This document shows positions 46,304 through 54,955 of a DNA stretch of 64,000 nucleotides, one piece after another. The DNA lies in the IMG/VR virus record IMGVR_UViG_3300045988_183511. The stretch is one strand, 5' to 3'. Within the stretch, counting starts at the first letter, position 1. Every line of letters begins with the position of its first letter. Origin of the DNA: a virus. The position numbers were made by a program, and so were the translations under genes. The notes below the pieces were generated by a model. It was not told the origin of the DNA. It saw only the letters and a list, made by a program, of their open reading frames with translations, and ran no database searches.

Positions 46304-46433
46304 AGCTTTCCTCGACTTTCTCCGCATTACGCGGTCTTACAACAAAAAAAGACAGGTCACCCGATTGGTGCCTGTCTGAATTTGTCAGATTATGAATGGT
46401 TGATGTCGGTTTATTATCTGTCGTACAACGCTT

Positions 46434-46461
46434 ATTGTATGCTGTTCGCAAGTTTCGTCAA
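46434..46461 (-). promoter_or_regulatory. minus-strand promoter, variant motif copy (TTGACG-aaa-CTTGCGAAC-agca-TACAAT)
   Basis: read on minus strand. Confidence 0.4.
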
Positions 46462-46844
46462 ACATTTTTTCAAAAGAAAAAAGTCGCCCACCCGAAGGCA
46501 GACGGCTTGTAGTTACATGGTCTTGAACTTGCGGCAGCAGTTCGTCATGGCACGGATGCGCACCATGTCGATTTCGATTGCCAGTGCGTTGATGGCTTCA
46601 TACAGAGCATAGACAGCCATTGCAGGAATTGCGACGAATAATAATGGATTTAATGATTTTCACAACATCCTCCCGTTATTTTTTGTATTTTCTTCTCAGT
46701 TCTCACCTCTCGGCAAAAACCAAAAAGTCTCTTCGATATTGTGGTCTTCCAACTCTTCTTTCCAGAAGAACCGTTCGTAGTCCCCGTCGCTGTTGAACGT
46801 CGGGTCGATGTAATACACTGTTCCATCCGTTGCTTCTACAATCG

Positions 46845-46892
46845 GCGATTATCGTCAGCAGCCGCATAGAGCGGTTACTATTTTGTAATGTT
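46845..46892. repeat. copy B of the about 45-bp imperfect direct repeat (see 42785..42830)
   Basis: AGAGCGGTTACTATTTTGTAAT; immediately followed on minus strand by a protein-like frame that has no start codon (possible truncated gene end). Confidence 0.5.
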
Positions 46893-46998
46893 TGTTTGCT
46901 TGCCGGGATATGCGAGCCAGATACAATAGGAGCTGTACAACAAATACTACATTGAAGTATTTGTGCAAAAACTATCCAAACGAAGGAGAACGAAAGAA

Positions 46999-47950
46999 CA
47001 TGAGAAACAAAAACCTGACCGCTGCCGCTGCCATGGCAACCGCCACAGTCCTGATGCTTGCCGGATGCGCTACCCAGAAGCCTGCCGCTTCCTCTTCCGA
47101 AGCAGCTTCTACCGCCCCGGCTGAAAGTTCTGTGGTTGAGGAGACTACGCCGGAGGAAGCGCCTTCCGAGGTTACTGATGTAGACGAAGCTGCTGCAGAG
47201 GACCTGCTGTTGAGCACCGAGACGATGCACTACAGTGCTGATGATGAAGATGGCGTCGTTACCGTCCATAAGTACGATGAGAACGGCAATGAGGTTTTCA
47301 TGCGTGAAATCGACAAAGCAAGTGATATGGACACCGTTATCATCAAAGAGCTGGACGAGAACGGCAATGTCCTAAAAATGACCTCCTACCTCAATGGCGA
47401 GCAAAACTATCTGTACACTCAGGTTTTCAACGACCACGGGGACCTGATTGAACGCGATGATGAGGATGGCAATCCTTCCATCGTGTGCCAGTATACCTAT
47501 GATGACACCCACGAGCTGCCTGTTACGGAGGTCATCACGAATGACAGTGGCGTTCAGACCACGACTCGTGACTTTGATACGATGGACGTCGATAGTCTGT
47601 ATATCGAGACTGTCAGCGAAGATGGTGCAGATGACATTGTGTATCACAAGCGCGTGAGCGACAACAAGACCACTTATTATTTTGGTCAGGGCAGTGAGGT
47701 CTCGACCGAATACGATGAGCATGGTAATATGACCAAACAGCAGGGCAAAGATGCTACGATGGGCAACTTCGAACAGACCTTCGAGAACACCTATGATGAC
47801 AACGGCAATCTTGTCTCCATGAAGTCCACCTACAATGGTGATGATGGCTATTTCATTGACTACATCTACGCCGCTCTGAATGACGCAAGCTATAACGGCG
47901 AAGGCACACTGCTCTTTGACGCAGCAACGGATACCCCGTCTGCCGCCTGA
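46999..47950 (+). CDS. lipoprotein with YD/RHS-like repeats
   Basis: ORF track 46892..47950, start reset to MRNKNLTAAAAMATATVLMLAGC (AAGGAGAA RBS; lipobox); repeated YDENGN / LDENGN / YDEHGN / YDDNGN motifs. Confidence 0.55.
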
Positions 47951-47985
47951 TGCTTTTCACGGCTAAAACAGGAACCTAAACTATT

Positions 47986-48017
47986 GGAGTCACCTTCGGG
48001 TGGCTCCTTTCTTTTTT
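47986..48017 (+). terminator. rho-independent terminator
   Basis: GGAGTCACC-ttcg-GGTGGCTCC followed by TTTCTTTTTT. Confidence 0.45.
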
Positions 48018-48068
48018 GCCTGTGCCCGTCTTTTTGTGGTATACTGGAAAGAAAAAGGAGTGTGAAAT

Positions 48069-48182
48069 ATGAGTATCATCTGCAAGGACCTGAAAGGCAT
48101 TGAGACCGGCAAGGTTCTGTGTCCCTGCCCGGAATGTGTCCGTAATGCGGTCCTTTCGCTCGGAGAGGTTTTGGAAGAATGA
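48069..48182 (+). CDS. candidate small ORF (37 aa) with CPCPEC motif
   Basis: hand-found: AAAGGAG RBS 7 nt upstream of ATG; MSIICKDLKGIETGKVLCPCPECVRNAVLSLGEVLEE; below ORF-track size cut-off. Confidence 0.3.
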   Translation: MSIICKDLKGIETGKVLCPCPECVRNAVLSLGEVLEE

Positions 48183-48387
48183 GGCATTGACACACTCCCA
48201 CAATTTTAATCGAGGGAGTGTGTCAACATGGCATTATGGAGTCAATCTTTGGGTTAATTGTCTTACCATCACACAGCAGGCGAAAAGCCATTGCCTGTGC
48301 ATTGTTTCGATACAAACAAGGAACTTACCCATGCAAAAAGGAAAAGCACCACAGAGGTTCTGTGCCCCCATGGTGCTTATGCATTCT

Positions 48388-49233
48388 TTAGAGATAGTCA
48401 CTCAGCTTAATGACGCCGACCGAATTCAGGGATGTGTCAATGTCCAGATAAGTGCATCCGGAACAAGCCCTGTCAAACCTGACGATTTCGGAATGCGGGG
48501 TGTGCCCAAACACATAGAGCGTCTTATCGTGTCCAGGTCGTAACTCATCCAGGTCGTAACTGTAATATCTTCCAAAAGGATTGTTGTGCGTAATCACTAT
48601 ATGCTGATATCTATATGGCTCTGTATAATCTATATTAACCTCCGTAACCGTCTGATTCCAAAGCCATTCAAATAATGCTCTTTGTTTTCTTGTACAAGAG
48701 AGATATTCATAGATGGTTCTTTCAGCATTATAGGGATTACCGCACATCACTTCCAGCAAGTACAGAATAATCTTCCAAAGGCCATCGTCTTCCCATGCTA
48801 TCGTATAGGTGATAAAAGCTCGAACGAATGCATAGAAAGTCTTTGGCTTCCCCCGAATAATTTCGATTCGTTTATCAGCACTGCACTCATACTCTTTGAG
48901 TTCTTCTTTTGTTTTGGGATAAGTATATCCTTCCTTGTATGTTCTGAATATTCCTGCCGCAAACAACCGAATTCGGGGGACTTTGATTAACACATGATAG
49001 TACTGAAGCATCTTCCTGTGTTGAAGCTCATGGTTGCCCTGAACCAATCTCACATCACATTCATGCTCTTGCAGAAAAGACACCGTTCTGGCATTATCTT
49101 TTCCACGGTCGGTGACATCTCCCACGCAGATGATGGTATCGCCTTCCTGCCAGCCTGCTGCATTGAGAGATTCCATCAATCCTTGATAGTTTCCATGGAT
49201 ATCTCCCGCCACGAAGATTTCGCTCATCCTCAT
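48388..49233 (-). CDS. metallophosphoesterase (PPP-family phosphatase-like), second copy in window
   Basis: ORF track; GDIHGN, GDVTDRG, GNHE, GHTP motifs. Confidence 0.6.
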   Translation of the reverse strand: MRMSEIFVAGDIHGNYQGLMESLNAAGWQEGDTIICVGDVTDRGKDNARTVSFLQEHECDVRLVQGNHELQHRKMLQYYHVLIKVPRIRLFAAGIFRTYKEGYTYPKTKEELKEYECSADKRIEIIRGKPKTFYAFVRAFITYTIAWEDDGLWKIILYLLEVMCGNPYNAERTIYEYLSCTRKQRALFEWLWNQTVTEVNIDYTEPYRYQHIVITHNNPFGRYYSYDLDELRPGHDKTLYVFGHTPHSEIVRFDRACSGCTYLDIDTSLNSVGVIKLSDYL

Positions 49234-49252
49234 CTCCCCTTCTCGTTTTCTC

Positions 49253-50002
49253 TTAAAGCATCATGAGCAGCCGTTCCATCTCATTATTGTCTTTGTAGGA
49301 AGAGATAACCATGTTCCGGCGGTCGCGCTCCTGCTCTTCTTCGGGATACCAGTCTTCGGTATAGTCATCACCGAGAAGTTTCTTGGCAATGTCTTCAATC
49401 GAGAATCCGACTCGAGGTTCCTTGTTTTCATCAAAAGCCCTCTGCGCTTCCTCAAATCTCGTATCGAGCTTTTCCTTTTCCAGCTCAACGCCGGATGCAT
49501 CTACACCAAAGAAGGTCATTTCCCATAACACACGGGACAGGCAGAATTCAAGGCCATAGATGTAGATGCTGGATGGTGCCAGTTTCCAGCTAAGAATTTC
49601 ATTCCAAGCACTGAGCTCAAAAGCATATTTCGTGGGAAGGTCCTGTTTCATCACTGCATTCTCGATTTCGTCCGTGCTCATAAAGGTCAGCATCTCATCA
49701 CTGATGGGCTCAGATTCTTTCAGGTGCTCTTCTCTCCATTTACGGAGGTCTTCCACTTCGATGCAGACAGTGTCATCCCCCTCATCGCCAAATCCCTTGC
49801 AAACCACAATGATACTCTGTTCATCCGGGTTCACCGCTTTCGGCGTGACGGTCTCCATTCTGGCAAATGCTCTATCGACTTCCTTGACTGCTGCCGCCTG
49901 TTCCTCGTTATCGGAATACATGGCAGCAAATTCTTTCGCCAGCTTGTTTTTATCGCAATGCATAAATGCTTCATAAGTGTTCTTGAAATCAGTCTTTACC
50001 AT
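49253..50002 (-). CDS. hypothetical acidic protein (249 aa)
   Basis: ORF track. Confidence 0.4.
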   Translation of the reverse strand: MVKTDFKNTYEAFMHCDKNKLAKEFAAMYSDNEEQAAAVKEVDRAFARMETVTPKAVNPDEQSIIVVCKGFGDEGDDTVCIEVEDLRKWREEHLKESEPISDEMLTFMSTDEIENAVMKQDLPTKYAFELSAWNEILSWKLAPSSIYIYGLEFCLSRVLWEMTFFGVDASGVELEKEKLDTRFEEAQRAFDENKEPRVGFSIEDIAKKLLGDDYTEDWYPEEEQERDRRNMVISSYKDNNEMERLLMML

Positions 50003-50003
50003 A

Positions 50004-50237
50004 TTATTTTTCTTTCTTCATTTTCTGTTCTTTGATGATGGTCACCTTGACTTTGGCTGCCAGCTTTTTCTTGACCGCCTCATATTCTTTCTCAGTGCCC
50101 TTGAATGTGATTTTGTTACCGCCGCTGAGCATCGCTTCCTGCACACTCAACGGGTCGATGCATTCCGGGTATTCTGTATGCAATCCCACGAATGTTTCTG
50201 AACCATGTGGGCGTGGACTGATTACCTCATATACCAT
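50004..50237 (-). CDS. hypothetical small protein (77 aa)
   Basis: ORF track. Confidence 0.35.
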   Translation of the reverse strand: MVYEVISPRPHGSETFVGLHTEYPECIDPLSVQEAMLSGGNKITFKGTEKEYEAVKKKLAAKVKVTIIKEQKMKKEK

Positions 50238-50239
50238 TC

Positions 50240-50488
50240 TCGTCTCTCCTCTAAACCAAAAAAGACGAATGGCAGCTACGCAACCGGCAGCCTGTTACCG
50301 GGCAGCGGCCACGCTTCCGTCATCCGTCTTTCATTTCTTTACAAACAGCTACGCTTCATTGTATGACCTACGGTATGCGGGCCTACGGTACTTTCGGAGT
50401 AGTCTATTGCGGCTACGCTTCCCGCAAGTACATTTCGCTCAACTTTAGGCAAGTACCTACGGTTTCAAGCACCTACGGTACGACCAGG
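50240..50488. repeat. intergenic cluster of short direct repeats (4x CCTACGGT; 3x GCTACGC)
   Basis: seen directly: ACCTACGGTAT, GCCTACGGTACT, TACCTACGGTTTC, CACCTACGGTACG; same two motif families recur at 6330-6390. Confidence 0.45.
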
Positions 50489-50713
50489 TTATTTATCGTC
50501 GTCGTTGTTTTCCCGGTCTTCCAGAATCTGCGGATAAATCCAAAACATGAAATATGCCAGGATAATATAAGAACCAACAAAATGAAAGAACAAGGCCGGT
50601 GTAGTCATAACATCCAAAAGACCAACGAACTTGAAAACAACAAGAGTTAAAGCAGAATTAACAAGGAACACAAGGTCCAGAAGCAAAATTCGACCAACAG
50701 TGATATTCGACAT
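50489..50713 (-). CDS. small membrane protein (74 aa)
   Basis: ORF track; two hydrophobic helices. Confidence 0.35.
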   Translation of the reverse strand: MSNITVGRILLLDLVFLVNSALTLVVFKFVGLLDVMTTPALFFHFVGSYIILAYFMFWIYPQILEDRENNDDDK

Positions 50714-50716
50714 GAT

Positions 50717-51385
50717 TTATGCCTCCTCAGCAAAATATTGATGCAGTGACTCCGATACGATTTCCTGCGTTTCCTGGCTCCAACGAGTATACGCATTGTC
50801 AGGGAACTCGGCATTCTCTACCATGCTCAGCTTCCAGGAGGATACAGGAACCCCGTTCTGGACTGTAATTATGGTGGGCGCTCCGATTCTCTTTTCACCG
50901 ATACTGATGCTTTCGCCGTTCTCATCTTTCACAGTATAGTCGATGAGATAATCGCTCAGCCAGTCAAGAAGCTCATAATATCCTTTTCCGGGAGCCACGG
51001 TCATGACCGGGCCATTCAGAGTCTCATCAAATTCATACTTGTCGCGGTAGTTATCAATCTGGCAATAGTAGAGGGTCTTTCCCTCCTCTTTTGCGGTTTC
51101 GATAAGTTCCGGTATCAGGTTCCGGCAATAAGGGCAGGTAGGAAATGCAAAAACGATAATGCCATCAGCTACGCTTCGTGCTTCCTCCGCCGTCACTTCT
51201 TTGATGGAGGCAAAGGCAGGAACTTTGATTTCCTGGAATGTCTCTTCTGCCGTCGAGCTACGCTTCATTCCATTATAGCCCTCATAGGTCCTTGCTAAAG
51301 CAACGGAAGGTATTCCGGCAGTGCAGATTGCGGCTGCCATTGCCAGTGTTGCTACAGCGTATGGAATTAAAAACTTTCTTTTCAT
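50717..51385 (-). CDS. secreted thioredoxin-fold protein (CxxC), possibly a conjugation-associated disulfide isomerase
   Basis: ORF track; signal peptide; FAFPTCPYCRNL thioredoxin-like active site. Confidence 0.5.
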   Translation of the reverse strand: MKRKFLIPYAVATLAMAAAICTAGIPSVALARTYEGYNGMKRSSTAEETFQEIKVPAFASIKEVTAEEARSVADGIIVFAFPTCPYCRNLIPELIETAKEEGKTLYYCQIDNYRDKYEFDETLNGPVMTVAPGKGYYELLDWLSDYLIDYTVKDENGESISIGEKRIGAPTIITVQNGVPVSSWKLSMVENAEFPDNAYTRWSQETQEIVSESLHQYFAEEA

Positions 51386-51616
51386 AGGACATGCTTCCGA
51401 TTTGATTTAGATAACCTCAAACTTTGATTAGATTGCATCTGAATGATTTGTGGTCAGAGGTATGTACAATTTTTCTTTCCTATATCTGCATTATACCATA
51501 AATTGCACTTTTTCTCAATTTGGAAGCCGGTTTGTTAAATGAAAGTTCACGATTAGCGGTTAAAGTGTTGCCAGCCTGCCAGACGAGAGGTTGAAGTAGC
51601 TCCATCAACCCTTCTG

Positions 51617-51919
51617 TCAGCCTTTCAATGCTTCCTGGAAGAAAGCGTTGTCCATGCGTCTTGTCTTTTCCTTGCGCGGCGGAATCAAGTCAAATACTTG
51701 TCTACTCTGCTTTCTCTCTTGTGTCTCCGCCTTTTCTTCTTTTCCAGCTTCCGAGATATCGAAATCGTCATCGAAGTCATTGTCATCAAAGAACCAAGAG
51801 CACACGGACGATTCACTCATGGTTTTGAGTTCAAGACACTCTTCACAATAAGTTTGGGGTTCTCCCACACGAGCTTCAAACTTGCGCTTGCAGGTTGGAC
51901 ATACTCGAATTGCTATCAT
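51617..51919 (-). CDS. small zinc-ribbon protein with acidic tail
   Basis: ORF track; CPTCKRKF...CEEC; ATGA overlap with upstream gene. Confidence 0.4.
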   Translation of the reverse strand: MIAIRVCPTCKRKFEARVGEPQTYCEECLELKTMSESSVCSWFFDDNDFDDDFDISEAGKEEKAETQERKQSRQVFDLIPPRKEKTRRMDNAFFQEALKG

Positions 51920-53193
51920 TGGTCATCCATCTCCTCTTCATTGTATCCATTATGCGTCAATGGGTTAATCCCATCGCGGCGAATTCCGTCGTCGTCGTAT
52001 TTATGTGCTGGCATTGGGATGTTGTCAAAATCCTTGAAATCGAGAACTTTGCTTCCTAGTGCCCGGCTGATACCGTCTTGCATTCCTCGCTCACAAACGA
52101 CGTGGTAAGGCACTCGTCCGTTTTTTTGATATTCGAGTTCTTCAAACTCAATGACCGGCAGCGTTATGGTTTTGCATTTCTGTTCATTGATGTATGCTTC
52201 AACATATCGCCCAGTAGTAACGGTTGTATGGCTTTCAGCCATCTCATCCAGCCACACGGAAATCATTTCATTGAGTTCGTTTCGTGTTAAAGCTGCTGTT
52301 CGAGTAAGAAGTTCCACGCCGATAGAACTTGTTGGAACGAAATAGCTGTACTTGTAGACTTGTTCGAGATTCGTGAGCGTTAAGAGCCTTGTTGCGTTAT
52401 GGGTTTTGATAATATCAGTGCTGTCGATTGCTTTGCCATACTTATCGCCAGTAATGATTTTTGGAACTATGGCGCAGGTCTTGCCGATAACGATGCACTT
52501 AGGAGACATATTGCAGATTGTTGCGAAGTCCTCGTCCGTTGCCGCAAGTGAGCTGGATTTCAAGAGTTCCATCACTGCACTTACACGCCGCTGTTCGTAA
52601 GACACAACCCATCGCATCAGCTTATCGAGCGTACAGTAGAGAAAAGAAATGCCTGTGCGGTTGATTACGATACCTACCAGACGGCTTTGACCGAGCGTGT
52701 ACTCCTCGCCCATTGTGGTGCTCGTCTTGATAGTTGCAGAGATTTCATCGGACAGGAAAAGAAGCCCTTTGTCATAGAAGAAGTCGCTCATGAAGGATTG
52801 GGACGCATCCTGTTCAGAATTAAGAACATCAATCAGCTTGATTCCAGCTTCCTTGGCAGGTTGAATTCCCGCTGCTCGGCACATGCAGAGTGTCGTTTCC
52901 ACCCTGGTGAGCCGTCCTTGTTCGCCTTTGATTCGCCGCTTCATAGCCGCCCGCTTGTCTACATCCAGAGCGTCTTTTTGAGTGCTTCGAATGTATTTCA
53001 GACCGTCCGGAGAGATACGCACATACCGCGATTCATCTCTCATAAAGACCTCAACATACCCATGCTTTTTGGCCGCTCTCAGAGCTTTGGTAACGCATTG
53101 ATATGGGATGTCAGAGAGAGCAATGGCAAGCTGCTTGTGCTGGATAGAATCAACGCCATAGAGATATACGAGAAGCTTTTGTTCGTTCGTCAT
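51916..53193 (-). CDS. hypothetical protein (425 aa) of the transfer region; function unknown (replication/relaxase-associated?)
   Basis: ORF track; no firm motif recognised. Confidence 0.4.
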   Translation of the reverse strand: MTNEQKLLVYLYGVDSIQHKQLAIALSDIPYQCVTKALRAAKKHGYVEVFMRDESRYVRISPDGLKYIRSTQKDALDVDKRAAMKRRIKGEQGRLTRVETTLCMCRAAGIQPAKEAGIKLIDVLNSEQDASQSFMSDFFYDKGLLFLSDEISATIKTSTTMGEEYTLGQSRLVGIVINRTGISFLYCTLDKLMRWVVSYEQRRVSAVMELLKSSSLAATDEDFATICNMSPKCIVIGKTCAIVPKIITGDKYGKAIDSTDIIKTHNATRLLTLTNLEQVYKYSYFVPTSSIGVELLTRTAALTRNELNEMISVWLDEMAESHTTVTTGRYVEAYINEQKCKTITLPVIEFEELEYQKNGRVPYHVVCERGMQDGISRALGSKVLDFKDFDNIPMPAHKYDDDGIRRDGINPLTHNGYNEEEMDDQ

Positions 53194-53282
53194 AGTACCA
53201 CCAAAGTTGTCCGTTCGATTCCGTACCTCATACGAATCGCAGGGCTGAAATTCATATCGTACCGCGTAAAATCAAAAAGAAA

Positions 53283-53356
53283 GAGTAACATTTCTAGGGA
53301 ACGAAAATATGACACCTAAAAATGCTACTCTTTTATATCCCTTAAAATGTTACTAC
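53283..53356. promoter_or_regulatory. inverted-repeat cluster GAGTAACATTT / AAATGCTACTC / AAATGTTACTA upstream of gene 51916..53193
   Basis: seen directly; candidate operator or oriT-like site. Confidence 0.35.
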
Positions 53357-53365
53357 CGGACTACG

Positions 53366-54136
53366 TTAAAGCCAATGGAAGAGGTCGGCTTTTGAGCAAA
53401 GAATCACTTCCAAATACGGGTCATATTCGGTCGGAATTGCAGTGTAAAGGAAGCTCATCATATCCCATCCATCACCGTGTTGGAGCACCCTGCAAATGGC
53501 ATTTGTGATGGCTCCCGTATAGACATTGTTGCTGTCAATCGGGGTCTTTTTCGTGGGTGAAACGCCGCGACAAAACACGAGAAAAAGCTGTTCGGAAGGC
53601 AGGTTGATTGGCCCATTTTGAGCGATAAATGCCTTGATAGCAGCCTCCGTGATGTAATCGAATTCGGCATCAAGATAATACTGCCCAACAGCGTCTTTCG
53701 CCTTTGCCTTGCGGCTGTACCACTCATGCTGAAAAGGCGGCAAAAAGGAAGAAAACCGGAGCTTGAGAAAGCCATTTTGAGGGATAGAAACCATACAGAA
53801 ATCGTTTGGAATTGACGTTGCAATGTTTTTTCGCTGATACGGTGCAGGGGCTTCATCACTCTCAAATGAGACAAGGATTGACCGCTCGGCTTTAAGAATC
53901 TCAATCGAGACATCATTGCGAATGGAATCCGGCAGCTTTTTCAAGGGAACATCATCCGGAACCGATTTCAAAGCATCCACTGCCTTTTGGAGCTTGCTTT
54001 TTACGAACTTTGTCGATGCATTGTACAAAACCGGGGCTTGATATTCGGCTTCAGGGGCATCACCACCAGCGTTGCGTTTGACATCGTTTTTATCGTTGCA
54101 ACGTTTATAATCATTTAATGATGGGAACGCCATTCC
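53366..54136 (-). CDS. hypothetical protein
   Basis: ORF track 53366..54154. Confidence 0.35.
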   Translation of the reverse strand, partial: GMAFPSLNDYKRCNDKNDVKRNAGGDAPEAEYQAPVLYNASTKFVKSKLQKAVDALKSVPDDVPLKKLPDSIRNDVSIEILKAERSILVSFESDEAPAPYQRKNIATSIPNDFCMVSIPQNGFLKLRFSSFLPPFQHEWYSRKAKAKDAVGQYYLDAEFDYITEAAIKAFIAQNGPINLPSEQLFLVFCRGVSPTKKTPIDSNNVYTGAITNAICRVLQHGDGWDMMSFLYTAIPTEYDPYLEVILCSKADLFHWL

Positions 54137-54701
54137 AAACATCCTCGTCGTCAATTTGTTCCGTCACATTCAGGTCATAGTTGTCGCTGACCATGCAGAA
54201 ATAACGAATCCCGCATTCACTCAGAAGCTTTCGATTTGCGCCGGGGGCCAGGATTGCGATACGGGAAGTGACCGGCATCATATCCTCACGAATGCCAAGG
54301 CTCCGAATCGTGTCTCCCAAAATAAGTTCGTTGCCACGTTCAAATTCACAAACATAGTAGACACTGCCATCAAAGCAGAAGCTCAACAGCCAGGGAGTGC
54401 CGCTTGGAATCGTAAAATTACGACTCTCCGGCAAAAATTCACATGCAACGCGGAAAGCACGGCAGCGCTTGCGGATGCTGCTCGTCATTGTGATGTAATC
54501 GGCTTTCGCCAACCCTTCTTTGGTAGGATAGCAGGCCGGACGGCGGTTGGAGCCTTTACGGCAGGCGTTGTAAATGATTTCCTGTGCCATGTTTTTGCTG
54601 ACCTGATATTGACGAGTGAGATACTCGGCCATCAGTTCATTGGGAATAACGGGGATGGCATCCAGCAGTTCGCGGATATCGGAATTGTGAATCTCAGACA
54701 T
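54111..54701 (-). CDS. hypothetical protein (about 196 aa)
   Basis: ORF track 54111..54881, start reset to MSEIHNSDIREL (AAAGGAG RBS). Confidence 0.35.
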   Translation of the reverse strand: MSEIHNSDIRELLDAIPVIPNELMAEYLTRQYQVSKNMAQEIIYNACRKGSNRRPACYPTKEGLAKADYITMTSSIRKRCRAFRVACEFLPESRNFTIPSGTPWLLSFCFDGSVYYVCEFERGNELILGDTIRSLGIREDMMPVTSRIAILAPGANRKLLSECGIRYFCMVSDNYDLNVTEQIDDEDVWNGVPIIK

Positions 54702-54955
54702 ACAAATGTCTCCTTTCATTTCTAGCAAAATGAACCAATGTGTTCTTTTGCCGTTTGTGAACCATAAATTAAACGCATTAGCGTTGTGCTTACGTGAAAT
54801 TGAATTGTGCCTTTTTATGGATAAAAGAAAAAGAATGACACATTTTGAAAGTGCAAAATGAACACATTTTAACGTGTACATTCACAGCTTTACTCAAAAT
54901 GTATCATTCTTTATAATAATCAGCGCTCCTTCGCCTCATTTTGACGTTTCAAATA

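Noticed and set aside
46703-47269. Track ORF 46703..47269 (188 aa, minus)
   Set aside because: It is antisense to the well-supported YD-repeat lipoprotein gene and Gly/Arg/Ser-rich. Only the short protein-like frame next to repeat copy B (about 46700-46840) was retained, as a possible gene fragment.
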